Assembly (NCBI GenBank): GCA_963666985.2
Contig: CAXXIA010000001.1
Span: forward strand, 960,001 to 1,024,000
DNA length: 64,000 bases
From: Spirochaetia bacterium
Lineage (GTDB): Bacteria > Spirochaetota > Spirochaetia > DSM-2461
Direction: 5' to 3'
Under the pieces are notes generated by a model. That model ran no database searches and was not told where the DNA came from. It was given only the letters and a program-made list of their open reading frames with translations. Below, in pieces: positions 28,665 to 39,646 of this stretch; positions within the stretch are counted from its first letter, which is position 1; the number at the start of each line of letters is the position of its first letter. The position numbers and the translations under genes are program-made.

Positions 28665-29072
28665 TTAGGATAGGGCCGCTTTACGGATACCGTCAAGAAC
28701 ACCGTTTACAAAACGGTATGATTCGGGAGAACCGAATTTTTTCGCGATTTCCACCGCTTCGTCGATTGTAACGGAAGCGGGGATGTCGTTTTGATGCATG
28801 AGCGCATAGGCGCTTGTTCTCAGAAGAGCCAGATCAACTTTGGCGAGCCTTTCGAAGCTCCATTTTTTCAGATTTATTCGAATCTGATCGTCGATTTCAT
28901 CCAAGTTGTCCAAGGTTCCGAGAACCAGAAGCGCCGCGAATGCTTTTGTAGGTTCATCCATATCGCGGTCTATCCAGCCGAATCCAAGGAGATCTTCCTT
29001 GTCCGGATGAGATTCATCCCAGGCGTAGAGTGCCTGAAACGCCGCGATTCTTGCTTGCCGGCGTATCCCCAT
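28665..29072 (-). CDS. nusB: transcription antitermination factor NusB
   Basis: RRQAR..AFQALY, IDEAVEIAKKF, FVNGVLD. Confidence 0.97.
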   Translation of the reverse strand: MGIRRQARIAAFQALYAWDESHPDKEDLLGFGWIDRDMDEPTKAFAALLVLGTLDNLDEIDDQIRINLKKWSFERLAKVDLALLRTSAYALMHQNDIPASVTIDEAVEIAKKFGSPESYRFVNGVLDGIRKAALS

Positions 29073-29079
29073 ATCGAAT

Positions 29080-30117
29080 TTAGCGGTATTCCCCGGTGTA
29101 GACGATGTTGGCCTGCTTCCGAAGAGAATCCACGATTTCTCCGGTTACTTGAGCGAATTTCTCCTGATATTTCCGGGCGAAGATAATCTGCTCCAATTGC
29201 ATTTTTACTTCGGGATCGTCTATGGGAAGCAATTGCGCCGCTCGTTTTTCCTTCATTCGGATAATATGATAGCCGACGTTCGACTGCATCACGGGACTGA
29301 TTTGGTTGATTTCCATCGCGAAAATCTGATCCATGAACTCGGAACCGTATAGCTGCTCCACGGTCGCGTCGCTTTTCATAACAGGACCGACTCTCCCTCC
29401 CCGCGCCTTGGAGATTTCATCATCGGAATACTGCGCGACCAAATCTTCGAACGTTGCCGAAGTATTCATCAATTTTCGGTAGACTTCTCTGGCCTCAACG
29501 CCCTTCGCGCGCGCTTCTTCGGGAGTTGATTGATAGGTTTTGAAAAAAATCTGATCGAACCATACCGTTTTCGATACGGTGAAGCTTCTTACATTTCGTT
29601 CGTATTCGTCTTCAAGCTCGCTTGCTGTGGCTTTGCCGATGCTTTGAAAATCCGCTTGTCTGCGTGTTGTGATGTATTTTTCGGAAAGAAGCTGTTCGCG
29701 GACTGTTCGCATAAACTCATCATAATTTCCGCCCTGCTGCTGAATAACCTGCCGCATCTGCATCTGGTCCGTTAGGAACGCGCCTTGGGGAATGGCCCCG
29801 ACGGCCTGCAGCTGCTGGGAAACAATCTGCATCGCGGCTTGCAGAACTTCTTCGTCGGTAATGGAAACGGAACGATCGGCTTCCGCGGCTTGAACGACAA
29901 GCTTCTGATCGATCATCTGTTCGAGAATCTGCTTTTTCTCTTCGGCGGTAAGACTGCGCCCCTGGCCCTGTTCCAGGGCGGTAATGGTTTCGTTCAGCTT
30001 GCTTTTGAATATCGGCTCCGTTTTATTCAGCCTTACCGTGGCCACCGCCATATCCTGCGACCAAAGAGACACGGTAAAAAGGAACGCAATGGAAAGAAAT
30101 ACAACGATCTTTTTCAT
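29080..30117 (-). CDS. SurA/PrsA-like parvulin peptidyl-prolyl isomerase
   Basis: Signal peptide; FEDLVAQYSDD..SKARGG, ISPV.QS.VGYHII. Confidence 0.85.
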   Translation of the reverse strand: MKKIVVFLSIAFLFTVSLWSQDMAVATVRLNKTEPIFKSKLNETITALEQGQGRSLTAEEKKQILEQMIDQKLVVQAAEADRSVSITDEEVLQAAMQIVSQQLQAVGAIPQGAFLTDQMQMRQVIQQQGGNYDEFMRTVREQLLSEKYITTRRQADFQSIGKATASELEDEYERNVRSFTVSKTVWFDQIFFKTYQSTPEEARAKGVEAREVYRKLMNTSATFEDLVAQYSDDEISKARGGRVGPVMKSDATVEQLYGSEFMDQIFAMEINQISPVMQSNVGYHIIRMKEKRAAQLLPIDDPEVKMQLEQIIFARKYQEKFAQVTGEIVDSLRKQANIVYTGEYR

Positions 30118-30196
30118 GTAAAACCTCATGTCGGGGTTAGTGTATCCCGAACCGGGGGAAACTTCAGCTCAAAGTCTGTTGGAAATCCGATGTCTT

Positions 30197-30625
30197 TTAA
30201 CCCGCGGATTGCTTATCGATATGAAGCCGAGCACCGATTGCTTCGGCCTCGGCTTCATTGGAGAGAATATCGGATTTTTTAAGAAAGACTCCCTCCGACT
30301 CAAGAATTTTCATCAAGGAAGCTAATAAACGGCCTTTTCTGAGGCCTTTCGCATCAATAAAAGAATAGCATCGTTTACCGGGCAAATGGCCCGCGGAACG
30401 AAGAAACACTTTCAGCCCTTCGGGGACATCTTTCGCGAAAAAAGACGGCGCGGTTGTACCGACGGCGATATATCCGAAGGACGTAAGTGAAGTTCCCGCC
30501 TCGGTGGTCGCATCTACGACAGTGACATCATGCCCCTGAGTCTGAATACCTTTGGCAAGGGCCCGAACAACGTTTCCGAAACCCTTCGACCGAGTCCTGT
30601 CAAAATGAACAACCGCGACTCTCAG
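30197..30625 (-). CDS. flavodoxin-like-fold hypothetical protein (142 aa), probable CTG start
   Basis: Frame of the 70-aa ORF stays open to 30625: (M)RVAVVHFDRTRSKGFGNVVRALAKGIQTQGHDVTVVDA...FGYIAVGT...; GAGGA 7 nt before CTG. Confidence 0.8.
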   Translation of the reverse strand: MRVAVVHFDRTRSKGFGNVVRALAKGIQTQGHDVTVVDATTEAGTSLTSFGYIAVGTTAPSFFAKDVPEGLKVFLRSAGHLPGKRCYSFIDAKGLRKGRLLASLMKILESEGVFLKKSDILSNEAEAEAIGARLHIDKQSAG

Positions 30626-30643
30626 TGCTCTATCCTCAACCGC

Positions 30644-30970
30644 TTATTCGACGACTTCATCCGCAGGCTGTTCCAGGAACCAATCCTGACCGCCCGCCGC
30701 AGCACGACGTGATTCACTGATGACGTTATCGGTTTCTCCCGATTTATAGGCCATGGCCACCGCCAGAGAGGAAACCATGAACAGAACTCCGAGAATCGCC
30801 GTAGCTTTCGTAAGAACGTTTCCCGTGGTGGCTCCGAAAGGTGTTGCTCCGCCGCCGCCGAACAGTCCTCCGAATCCTTCACCCTGTTCATCCTGAAGCA
30901 TAACCAAAGCGATTATCAATACAGACGCTATGGCGAAAATAACAAGAAAAATCGTTCCGATGATACCCAA
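30644..30970 (-). CDS. secG: preprotein translocase subunit SecG
   Basis: Two TMs, LVMLQ..QGEG.GG.FGGG, NVLTKAT; downstream of tpiA. Confidence 0.93.
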   Translation of the reverse strand: MGIIGTIFLVIFAIASVLIIALVMLQDEQGEGFGGLFGGGGATPFGATTGNVLTKATAILGVLFMVSSLAVAMAYKSGETDNVISESRRAAAGGQDWFLEQPADEVVE

Positions 30971-30991
30971 AATAGTTCTCCGTTTCAGCGA

Positions 30992-31747
30992 TCAGCCGCT
31001 AAATGCGACGATACTCGCGAAAGATTCAGCATCCAGAGATGCACCGCCGACCAGCGCTCCGTCGATATCCGGCTGTGCCATTAATTCGGCGACATTATCC
31101 GGTTTAACGGAACCGCCGTATTGGATAACGACCGAATCGGCGACAGACGCAGAGTATAACGCGGCGATCTTGCCTCGGCAAGCCTTATGAACGTCTTGAG
31201 CATCGTCGGGGGTGGCTGTTTTTCCGGTGCCGATGGCCCAAACCGGTTCATAAGCGATAACGACGTTCTTCATATCCGCAGGGGTCACTCCCGCCAGGCC
31301 GCCTTCAAGCTGTCCGAAACAGACATCCTCAGCTTTGCCGGCTTCCCGTTCTTCAAGGGTTTCGCCGATGCAGAGAATCACTTCCATTCCATGAGAGAGC
31401 GCCAATTTCACTTTGGCGTTAATCAGTTCATCGGATTCTCCGTACACATGGCGTCTTTCGCTGTGACCGAGAATAACGGAAGTTACTCCAAGCTCCTTGA
31501 GCATCAGAACGGATGTTTCCCCGGTGTGCGCGCCGGATTCCACGGAAGCCATATTCTGCGCGGCAAGCGTTACATCCGAACCCGCAAGAACTTCCGATAC
31601 GGCGGGAATGCAGACGAAGGAAGGAGCCACCATCTTTCGCGCTCCGGGGCTTACCTTCATTTTTTTTACGGCATCGGCAAGTTTTTTCGCCTCGGACGGG
31701 GTTTTATTCATTTTCCAGTTTCCGGCCATAAGATATTCTCTGGACAT
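30992..31747 (-). CDS. tpiA: triosephosphate isomerase
   Basis: AGNWKMN, GHSERR, AYEPVWAIGTG, YGGSV, VGGASL. Confidence 0.98.
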   Translation of the reverse strand: MSREYLMAGNWKMNKTPSEAKKLADAVKKMKVSPGARKMVAPSFVCIPAVSEVLAGSDVTLAAQNMASVESGAHTGETSVLMLKELGVTSVILGHSERRHVYGESDELINAKVKLALSHGMEVILCIGETLEEREAGKAEDVCFGQLEGGLAGVTPADMKNVVIAYEPVWAIGTGKTATPDDAQDVHKACRGKIAALYSASVADSVVIQYGGSVKPDNVAELMAQPDIDGALVGGASLDAESFASIVAFSG

Positions 31748-31799
31748 CTTCATTTTCTCCTTGATTTTGTTAATGTTTCGGCTGCGTCAACCGCAGTTT

Positions 31800-32978
31800 C
31801 TAAGCTCTGAGGGCGACGACTCCGGGAAGAGCCTTCCCTTCCAGGTATTCCAGCGAAGCTCCGCCGCCCGTGGAGACGTGATCGATCTTGTCCGCGAGGT
31901 TGAATTTGTTCACGGCAGCCACGGAATCCCCTCCTCCGACAACGGTCGTGCCCTTGCAGTCGGCCACCATTTTCGCCACTTCAAGAGTTCCTTTGGCAAA
32001 AGCGTCAAACTCAAAAACGCCCATGGGCCCGTTCCAAACGACGGTTTTGGCCCCGGAGAGCAATTTCCCGATTTCCGCGACGGTTTTCGGGCCTATGTCC
32101 AATGCGAGTTTTCCTTCGGGAACATTCGCGCCGTCCACAGGTTCGGGGACGGCGTTTTCGGAGAAATCGGACGCAACGACATGATCCAAGGGAAGAAGAA
32201 CCTTAACGCCTTGGGCTTCGGCTTTCTTGAGGAAATCCCGAGCCGTATCGGCGAAATCATCCTCAACGAGAGATTTTCCGACGCTTTTTCCCTGTACCTT
32301 CAAAAAGGTATAGGCCATTCCGCCGCCGATTACGAATGCGTCGGCTTTATCAAGAAGCGACTCCAATACGGCGATCTTTGAAGAAACTTTTGCGCCGCCG
32401 ATAATGGCGACAAACGGCTTTTCGGGATTTTCCAGGACTTTATCGAAAAAGGCGCATTCCTTTTCCATCAACAGACCGGCGGCAGAAGGAAGGAGTCTCG
32501 CCAAACCTTCCGTTGAAGCATGAGCCCTGTGGGCGGCGCCGAATGCGTCGTTCACGTATAAATCGCCCAACCGGGCCAATTTGGCGCTGAAATCAGGATC
32601 GTTCTTGGTCTCCTCGGCGTAAAAGCGTGTGTTCTCAAGAAGAAGAATTCCGCCGGGTTTGAGCGACTTGGCCAAGGCTTCCACTTCAGGCCCCACGACA
32701 TCCGGTGCCATAACGACATCCGCACCGATAAGCTCGGCCAGATGATCTCGAAGCTGAGACATGCTGAATTCGGGTTTCTTTTCACCGTCGGGTCGGCCGA
32801 GGTGGCTCATTACGATGAGAGACGCGCCTCTGTCGAGGAGATTTTTCAGGGTGGGCAAGGCGCTCCTCATCCTGGTATCGTCGGTAATTTTCCCATTTTT
32901 CAAAGGAACGTTGAAATCGACGCGCACCAGGACGCGCTTTCCCTTGGGATCCAGATCTTTAATCGTCTTGACGGCCAC
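31800..32978 (-). CDS. pgk: phosphoglycerate kinase
   Basis: [34 protein letters not shown]. Confidence 0.98.
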   Translation of the reverse strand: MAVKTIKDLDPKGKRVLVRVDFNVPLKNGKITDDTRMRSALPTLKNLLDRGASLIVMSHLGRPDGEKKPEFSMSQLRDHLAELIGADVVMAPDVVGPEVEALAKSLKPGGILLLENTRFYAEETKNDPDFSAKLARLGDLYVNDAFGAAHRAHASTEGLARLLPSAAGLLMEKECAFFDKVLENPEKPFVAIIGGAKVSSKIAVLESLLDKADAFVIGGGMAYTFLKVQGKSVGKSLVEDDFADTARDFLKKAEAQGVKVLLPLDHVVASDFSENAVPEPVDGANVPEGKLALDIGPKTVAEIGKLLSGAKTVVWNGPMGVFEFDAFAKGTLEVAKMVADCKGTTVVGGGDSVAAVNKFNLADKIDHVSTGGGASLEYLEGKALPGVVALRA

Positions 32979-33031
32979 TTAAGTCTCCTTCTTGTTTATT
33001 TTATTCAATTTAATCGAAACAATCCGTTTGA

Positions 33032-34033
33032 TCAGGCAAGTTTCTGAGCCAGATCGACAACTCGGGTTGAATATCCGAATTCATTATCGTACCAGGAGAG
33101 AACCTTAACAAAGCCATTTTCCATGACCATTGTCGCCCCCCCGTCGAAAATCGAGGAATGAGGATTCCCCTTTACATCGGAAGAAACAATGGGATCTTCC
33201 GTATATTCCAGTATTCCTTTAAGCGGTCCTTCCGCAGCGGCTTTCAGTGCGGAATTCACGTCTTCAACGCCGACTGGTTTCTTTAATTTAACGACTAAGT
33301 CGACAATCGATCCGGTCGGTACGGGAACACGCATCGCCATTCCGTTCAGCTTGCCGTTGAGCTCCGGAATCACTTTGCCGACGGCGGCGGCCGCCCCCGT
33401 TGTTGTCGGAATGATGTTCAATCCGGCGGCTCTGGCGCGGCGAAGATCCGAATGCGGCAAATCAAGAATAACTTGATCATTGGTATATGCATGAACGGTT
33501 GTCATGAATCCCTGTTCGATTCCGAAAGCGTCATTCAGCACTTTTGCCACCGGAGCAAGACAATTTGTCGTGCAGCTTGCATTGGAAAAAGCCTCGCCCG
33601 CCGAATCGAGCGCATCATCATTAACACCGAGCACAATGGTTTGATCGATTTCATCTTTGGCGGGAACCGTTAAAATGACTTTTTTCGCACCGGCTTTAAT
33701 ATGATCCTTATATCCGCCTTTCGGTCCCTGAGCGGTTCTGAAAATGCCGGTTGATTCAATAACGACATCCACGCCCAATTCGGCCCAGGGAAGTTCGGCG
33801 GGATTTCTTTCCGCCAAAATTTTCACTTCTTGATCTTCAACGATTAACGAGCCTTCTTTCACCTCGACGTTCCGAGCATAGACACCGAATGTCGAATCAT
33901 ACTTGAGCAAATGGGCCAGTGTCGCCGGATCGGTGATATCATTGACCGCCACGATATCGATGCCCGGACGTTCAAAGGCAATTTTAAACACATTTCGACC
34001 GATGCGGCCGAAACCGTTAATGGCGATTTTCAT
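33032..34033 (-). CDS. gap: type I glyceraldehyde-3-phosphate dehydrogenase
   Basis: [22 protein letters not shown]; upstream TTGTCA-17-TATATT. Confidence 0.98.
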   Translation of the reverse strand: MKIAINGFGRIGRNVFKIAFERPGIDIVAVNDITDPATLAHLLKYDSTFGVYARNVEVKEGSLIVEDQEVKILAERNPAELPWAELGVDVVIESTGIFRTAQGPKGGYKDHIKAGAKKVILTVPAKDEIDQTIVLGVNDDALDSAGEAFSNASCTTNCLAPVAKVLNDAFGIEQGFMTTVHAYTNDQVILDLPHSDLRRARAAGLNIIPTTTGAAAAVGKVIPELNGKLNGMAMRVPVPTGSIVDLVVKLKKPVGVEDVNSALKAAAEGPLKGILEYTEDPIVSSDVKGNPHSSIFDGGATMVMENGFVKVLSWYDNEFGYSTRVVDLAQKLA

Positions 34034-34124
34034 GATTCCCCCCGATAGAAAAGAGCCTGTTTCGCGTAAAATATAGGTATTATCCGTCTTCATGACAAGA
34101 AGACTTGCTTCTCTACCGGCTTTG

Positions 34125-36191
34125 CTATGGAACCGACAGAAGTCTGTTTCTGAAAGCCGGATCTAAAAGCGAATCGGTTTCGGCCGATTCGGGCGGCGGA
34201 AGGTGAAAAACTTCATCGCCCGCCGCGACAAAATTAAAATCCCCCGCTTTCTCGAACTCGGCTTCACACAGAGATTCGGATACGCGGTTTATCGTTGCCG
34301 TACCGAGGTAATCTCTAAGTGAATATTCTATTCCGTTTTCCACGCTGCCGGGACGGCCTTTCCCTTTTTTCAGAACCAGAAGCGGCTCCTCGGTTTCTTC
34401 TTCGGCTTCCGAACCGGCTCTTACGCCGTACCAACGGCCTTTATCCAATAAGATGCGATTTCCGTCGATTGCGAGAATCCTCATTTTATCGGGCAGGGCC
34501 GATTCAATTTCCATCACAGTTTGAGAAAAAGCGTCACCAACCATTCCCCGGCCAGTACGGAGTTCGCCGAATCGGCCCATCAATTCACCCGTTCTGGAAA
34601 GATAAAGATCGGCCGCGACGCCGAAACTGCGTTCGGTTTCAAAAAAATCGACCAAAATGAAGTAATCCGATTTTCCTCTGGATATTCGGAACGCTTCGGC
34701 AAAAGAAGAAACAGTTCCGATTTCCAAACCGAAACCGCCGTCGGGATCTATAATCCGCAGCCGCGGCGACATATCGGCGGCATCCGCGAAAAAATACCCC
34801 AGTGTCGGCGCGGCACCGGCATGGTAAGGCAGGGATTGTTCCTGTTCATTGACAAATACGGTGACATTCCAGGAGGAGGGTTCTTCTTTCCACGGATCGT
34901 CTTCATACCCCCAATCGGCCGCAACTCCGTCACGCCGGGAATGATTTAAAAGAGAAATTTTCCTGCGAATCCCCGAAGAATCCGCGCCCGCCCCTTCAAG
35001 TTCAATCAGAGCTCCCTTCAGAGCGTCGCGGTACTTTTCGGGGAATCCCATTTTTCTGATAAGTTCCGCGTAGGTAATCCAGATATCCGCATCGGTTCCG
35101 TCGATCAGCCGTGCCCGGCGATATTCAGCAAGGGCTCTTTTATAAAAAAAGTTTTCTTCATAGCGTCGGCCCGCGCTGATATGCCACGAAGATGCGTCTT
35201 GTCTGTAGTTCTCAAAGCCGCTGGTTGTTCGGACAAGGTATTCTTCGCGGAACATCCGCGCAATTTCATCGTCGGGACGCATTGAAATAATCCGTTCCAT
35301 AACGGCTTGCGCCTTTTTCTCGTCACCGGTGGCCCGAGAAGCTCTGGCCAAAAGGAAAAGGGCTCCGGTATCGACATCCCGTTCCACACCTTTTAAGTTT
35401 TCCAGCGCGGCTTGAGGATTTCCCATTTTGAGCGCGATGGAAGCGTTCAGCATCGCCACCCTGCGGTATCGGGGATCCTCGGGGCCTTCGATCATGGATA
35501 TGATCCGTTTGAGGTGTTCGGCCGACTTTTCCCATTCATTATAAAGTGAGTAATGTTCGGCCGCTAAAATCCGAACGTAATAATCGTTCGGGAAAAGACG
35601 CAGAGCTTCCAGGAGAACGGGTTCCGACTTTTCACGATCCAAAGACTCGTCGTACAGCAGAACCAGATGCATAAGAACTCTTTTATTTCCCGGAGAGTAC
35701 CGAAGGCTCCTGTCGAACGTGCGCTCAGCCAGTTCCTTTTGACCGTTGATGGCATAGTATTCGGCAAGTCCCCTGTTCGCTTCGGCATCATGCGGCCTTT
35801 TATTCAGGATGTCCCGGTAGATTTCGGCCGCTTCCTCATCGCGTCCCAAAGCAACAAGTATCCGAGCTTCAAGGAGGGAGAGTTCCCGATTTCCCGGAGC
35901 ATAAACATGAGCTGTTTCGACTTCACGGTAAGCTTCGTTGTATTCGGTCAGAAGGAAATAAGCTTCGATCATTCCAAGCCGTGCTTCCAGATAGGCCGGA
36001 TTTGAATTCAAAGCGGATCGAAACGAATGGACCGCCTCGTGAAGATCACCCGAAGCGAGGGCTTCTCTTCCCCCCTCGTAATAAGATCGAGCGTCCTGAG
36101 CGGAGGCCGTTTCCAAAGCGATAAAAAAAATAAACACGAAAAATATCAAGAAGATGGAATATCCGACTTTTAAAGAGCCTCTTGATATCAT
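34125..36191 (-). CDS. exported tetratricopeptide-repeat protein
   Basis: Signal peptide, many TPR motifs, beta-rich C-terminal domain. Confidence 0.8.
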   Translation of the reverse strand: MISRGSLKVGYSIFLIFFVFIFFIALETASAQDARSYYEGGREALASGDLHEAVHSFRSALNSNPAYLEARLGMIEAYFLLTEYNEAYREVETAHVYAPGNRELSLLEARILVALGRDEEAAEIYRDILNKRPHDAEANRGLAEYYAINGQKELAERTFDRSLRYSPGNKRVLMHLVLLYDESLDREKSEPVLLEALRLFPNDYYVRILAAEHYSLYNEWEKSAEHLKRIISMIEGPEDPRYRRVAMLNASIALKMGNPQAALENLKGVERDVDTGALFLLARASRATGDEKKAQAVMERIISMRPDDEIARMFREEYLVRTTSGFENYRQDASSWHISAGRRYEENFFYKRALAEYRRARLIDGTDADIWITYAELIRKMGFPEKYRDALKGALIELEGAGADSSGIRRKISLLNHSRRDGVAADWGYEDDPWKEEPSSWNVTVFVNEQEQSLPYHAGAAPTLGYFFADAADMSPRLRIIDPDGGFGLEIGTVSSFAEAFRISRGKSDYFILVDFFETERSFGVAADLYLSRTGELMGRFGELRTGRGMVGDAFSQTVMEIESALPDKMRILAIDGNRILLDKGRWYGVRAGSEAEEETEEPLLVLKKGKGRPGSVENGIEYSLRDYLGTATINRVSESLCEAEFEKAGDFNFVAAGDEVFHLPPPESAETDSLLDPAFRNRLLSVP

Positions 36192-36970
36192 TCAATTCCC
36201 TTTTTCTTAACCACCTTAACCTGCCGGATCTTATGACCGTCGACAGATTGGATGACAAACTCGTATCCGTTCCATTCGGTTTTTTCATACCTTCCGGGGA
36301 TTTTCCCGAAAAGATCAAAGACGAAACCGCCCAGAGTATCGAAATCCTCATCCGGAATACTGGTTTGCAGCTCTTCATTCAAATCTTCAAGATTGATTCG
36401 AGCATCGCAGATCCATTCTCCATCGCCGGCGGGAACGATTTCTTCAAGCTCATTGTCGAATTCATCCTGTATATCACCGACGATTTCCTCAAGAATATCT
36501 TCCATGGAAATAATTCCGGAGACTCCGCCGTATTCGTCTACGGCAACGGCGATATGAACGCGCCTTTGCTTCATTTCGCGAAGCAGAGAATCGATTTTCA
36601 TGCTTTCGGGAACAAAATAGGCCGGTCGGAGAACATCGGGAATGGATACCGCATCACCACTGATCAGCGATTTCAGCAGATCCTTCACATAAAGAATCCC
36701 AACGACGTTATCGATGGTTTCCCGATACACGGGGAATCGCGAATGTCCCGTATCCATCTGCTTTGCAAACGATCCGTCGATCTTTGCCGCTTCATCGACG
36801 AAGATCGTATCGATCCTGGGAATCATCACTTCCTTAACCGTCGTATCCGAAAGCTCGACAATTCCGCGGACCATGCCTTTGCCTTCGGCGTCAAGACTTT
36901 CAAGATCTTCCGTTTCTATAGGATCGCTATCCTTTTTGGATGGATGGAACAATTTCTTCAATATGGTCAT
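36188..36970 (-). CDS. corC: CBS-pair/CorC-HlyC protein (CorC/YbeX-like)
   Basis: EVMIPR, HSRFPV, VDEYGG, EDILEEIVG, DTLGG; no TM; after ybeY. Confidence 0.85.
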   Translation of the reverse strand: MTILKKLFHPSKKDSDPIETEDLESLDAEGKGMVRGIVELSDTTVKEVMIPRIDTIFVDEAAKIDGSFAKQMDTGHSRFPVYRETIDNVVGILYVKDLLKSLISGDAVSIPDVLRPAYFVPESMKIDSLLREMKQRRVHIAVAVDEYGGVSGIISMEDILEEIVGDIQDEFDNELEEIVPAGDGEWICDARINLEDLNEELQTSIPDEDFDTLGGFVFDLFGKIPGRYEKTEWNGYEFVIQSVDGHKIRQVKVVKKKGIE

Positions 36971-36983
36971 CAGTCGTCGATTT

Positions 36984-37436
36984 TCACCTTAAACTTCCGG
37001 CATCGGCCAGAAGATCCTCTTGGAGTTTCAACATTCCTTCTCCGTAATCATCACCATGATGGTCCATCCCTTTCAAGTGCAGAATCCCGTGAACAACGAC
37101 TCTGCGTAATTCTTCTTCAAATGGAGTATTCCATTCCCCGGCATGAGCCTTTACGGTCTCGATTGAAATAATAATGTCTCCCGCTTCTTTCGGGACACCC
37201 GGCACCAAGGGGATTTCTTCTCCTTCGTCCTGAACAAATGATAACACATCCGTCGTCTTATCCATCCCCCTCCAGCGGCGATTATACTCCCTTATACCTC
37301 GGTCGTCGGTAAAAAGAAGACCCATCTGCCAGTCTTCGACACCGATTTTCTTCAGAATTTTTTCGGCATATTCGGCAATCAGTTCAATCTCCGGAGGAAC
37401 ATCTTCCGCTTCAACCAGAAGCTCAACATTGTTCAT
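36984..37436 (-). CDS. ybeY: rRNA maturation endoribonuclease YbeY
   Basis: TDVLSF, GDIIIS, HGILHLKGMDH. Confidence 0.95.
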   Translation of the reverse strand: MNNVELLVEAEDVPPEIELIAEYAEKILKKIGVEDWQMGLLFTDDRGIREYNRRWRGMDKTTDVLSFVQDEGEEIPLVPGVPKEAGDIIISIETVKAHAGEWNTPFEEELRRVVVHGILHLKGMDHHGDDYGEGMLKLQEDLLADAGSLR

Positions 37437-39646
37437 CCTTGAGTTCCGTCTTCATCTTTCGGATATTCTATTCGATTATGGAACTGACCCGTCAGAACAT
37501 GCACAAAGGTTGCTTTAATCGTTTCAAGATCCCTTAATGTCAGATCGCATTCGTTTAATTCGCCCATTCTGAACCTTTCCATAATAAGATCCCAAACATA
37601 TTTTTCAAGTTTCGCCGCCGTCGGTTTCTTCAAGGTTCTGGTTGCCGCTTCGGCCGAGTCGGCGAGCATCACCACCGCCGCTTCGCGGCTTCCGGGTTTG
37701 GGACCTCCGTAAGAGAAATCTTCGGGAGATACCGATTCGCCGCCCTTCTCCTTAAGAGCCCTGTCATAGAAATAACGAATCACACTGGTACCGTGGTGCT
37801 GTTCGATAACCTGAAGAACTTCATCAGGGAGTCTGAGTTCCCGCCCTTTTTCAAGGCCGATTTTCACGTGAGATTTTATAACCGCTACCGAAAGAGAGGC
37901 TTTAAGATCATCATGCTTGTTTTCACCGGACTGATTTTCAACGAAAAAATGAGGCTGATCCACTTTCCCGATATCATGGTAATACGCGCCTACCCTTGCG
38001 AGCAGACCGTCAGCGCCTATGGCGTCGCATGCGGCCTCGGCCAAATGCGCGACATTCTGGGAATGGATATACGTACCGGGCGCTTGAAGCCGCATTCTCT
38101 TCAATATCGATACATTCTGGTCCGAGAGTTCAATAAGCCGGAATGTCGTCGCCGTATTCAGAACATGTTCGAGAAGAGGCAGGAACGCAAGACTGAGGAT
38201 ACCGGTTAAAAGGCCGTTAAGCGCCGCTCCCGACGAGAGGATGAGAGTACGCTTGATGGGAATTCGAAAAAAGATTCCCGTAAACAGGGTAAAAAAAGCC
38301 ATAATTATCGCCAGTCTGGGCCCCGCCCTCAAAAGGCCCATCCGCGTCTCGCGTCTTTTAACGGACAATGTTCCGCCGATACCGGCCGCAAGCGTAATCA
38401 GAAACGCATAACTGCTCTGAGGATTCAAGAAGTACAGCAGCAAAGCCATGAGAATCGATGTAAGAACCGCCATTTTCCTGTTTTGAAGCAGCTGGGCCAG
38501 CAGCAGTGTAAAGAGAGAGGTTGGAAGAACGATTGAGACATCCCAATTCCCGTGGAAAGGGACGAAATTGACGACAACGGCGGTTACCAAGATATACGTT
38601 CCCGCCAAGGCGATATACAGCCAAAGCGCTTTGGGATTATTCAATACAATTCCGAAATTCACGGCGCCGACAAGACCGAGCACAAAGATAACGGCCATGA
38701 ACAGCAACGGGTCAAGAAATCCGTGGATTCCGGTATTTCTTCTCTCTTTGAGAGCCGAAATTATGCCCGCCTCTTTGGAGGTTACGACTCTTCCCGCCGA
38801 AAGGAGCTTTGTTCCCGAAGAAACCTTAACAACAACCGGTTCGGTTCCTTCTTCAGCCTCATTTTTACTTTGAATGGAAAGAGCCTCATTATAAAATCCG
38901 TTCGGTTCGAAAAAATAAGATACCAGCGCACCGGCGAATTCGCTTTCGTCGGTCGGAAGAGACTTAATGGTATCCATCTGGCTGAGGATTTGGGGAACTT
39001 TATCCGGCTCAACAACCGCATCGCGAATTACCGTTACGCGATGTCCGGATAAAGATCCGGGATAAACGACTTCAATAACTCCCGATGCTCCGCCGTCGCC
39101 CGAATGGAGTTTGAATATTCCGCCGAGCTGAAGAACTTCCAGCGCGTTTCGAGATTTCGAAAGTAAAGCTTTCAGCTTTTCCGTATCTCTGTAAAGTTCC
39201 AAATCAAGAAGCCCCGTCATCGCTCCGGGGAATTCCGTTCTGAGTTCATCCATCAATTCGGTGGGAAGCCGTTTTTCCGCGGCGGTTTCCAGAAAGGCGG
39301 AGAAGCGGTCAAACCTGTCCAAAACGGAATCCGTAATTTCCTTCTGCACTTCATAAACCGGAGGTGTAAGGCTTCTGTTCAGATTGACGACTTTTTCGGT
39401 TGCCTCTTCATCAACGAAAACAAGATCTTCCTCAACATAGAAATCTTCTTCGGCGATATCGCCTTCTTCGTATCCGTATGCTTTCTGTCTTGAGAAAAAA
39501 AGCCCGGCCTGGTTGATAAGGATAAGCAGCAAAGAGGCAATAAGCCATCCGGCGAGAATGAAAATCCATTCACGCCGGCCGAGCGGCCTGAAGGAACCTC
39601 TGCTTTCGCCTTCCTCTCTTAAACTACGGATTTCTTTGGTAGGCAT
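37433..39646 (-). CDS. 7TM-HD phosphohydrolase (PgpH-like cyclic-dinucleotide phosphodiesterase)
   Basis: Extracytoplasmic domain, 7TM, APGTY.HS, YYHDIGK, QHHGT, MLADS.EAA. Confidence 0.9.
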   Translation of the reverse strand: MPTKEIRSLREEGESRGSFRPLGRREWIFILAGWLIASLLLILINQAGLFFSRQKAYGYEEGDIAEEDFYVEEDLVFVDEEATEKVVNLNRSLTPPVYEVQKEITDSVLDRFDRFSAFLETAAEKRLPTELMDELRTEFPGAMTGLLDLELYRDTEKLKALLSKSRNALEVLQLGGIFKLHSGDGGASGVIEVVYPGSLSGHRVTVIRDAVVEPDKVPQILSQMDTIKSLPTDESEFAGALVSYFFEPNGFYNEALSIQSKNEAEEGTEPVVVKVSSGTKLLSAGRVVTSKEAGIISALKERRNTGIHGFLDPLLFMAVIFVLGLVGAVNFGIVLNNPKALWLYIALAGTYILVTAVVVNFVPFHGNWDVSIVLPTSLFTLLLAQLLQNRKMAVLTSILMALLLYFLNPQSSYAFLITLAAGIGGTLSVKRRETRMGLLRAGPRLAIIMAFFTLFTGIFFRIPIKRTLILSSGAALNGLLTGILSLAFLPLLEHVLNTATTFRLIELSDQNVSILKRMRLQAPGTYIHSQNVAHLAEAACDAIGADGLLARVGAYYHDIGKVDQPHFFVENQSGENKHDDLKASLSVAVIKSHVKIGLEKGRELRLPDEVLQVIEQHHGTSVIRYFYDRALKEKGGESVSPEDFSYGGPKPGSREAAVVMLADSAEAATRTLKKPTAAKLEKYVWDLIMERFRMGELNECDLTLRDLETIKATFVHVLTGQFHNRIEYPKDEDGTQG

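Noticed and set aside
30130..30643. Apparent 500-bp gap after secG as a tRNA, tmRNA or RNase P RNA locus
   Set aside because: No such RNA motifs seen; the region is an open reading frame with a CTG start
36182..37171. 329-aa plus-strand ORF (similarly 31497-32381 and 31187-31810)
   Set aside because: Antisense shadows of corC/ybeY and pgk/tpiA, expected from codon bias
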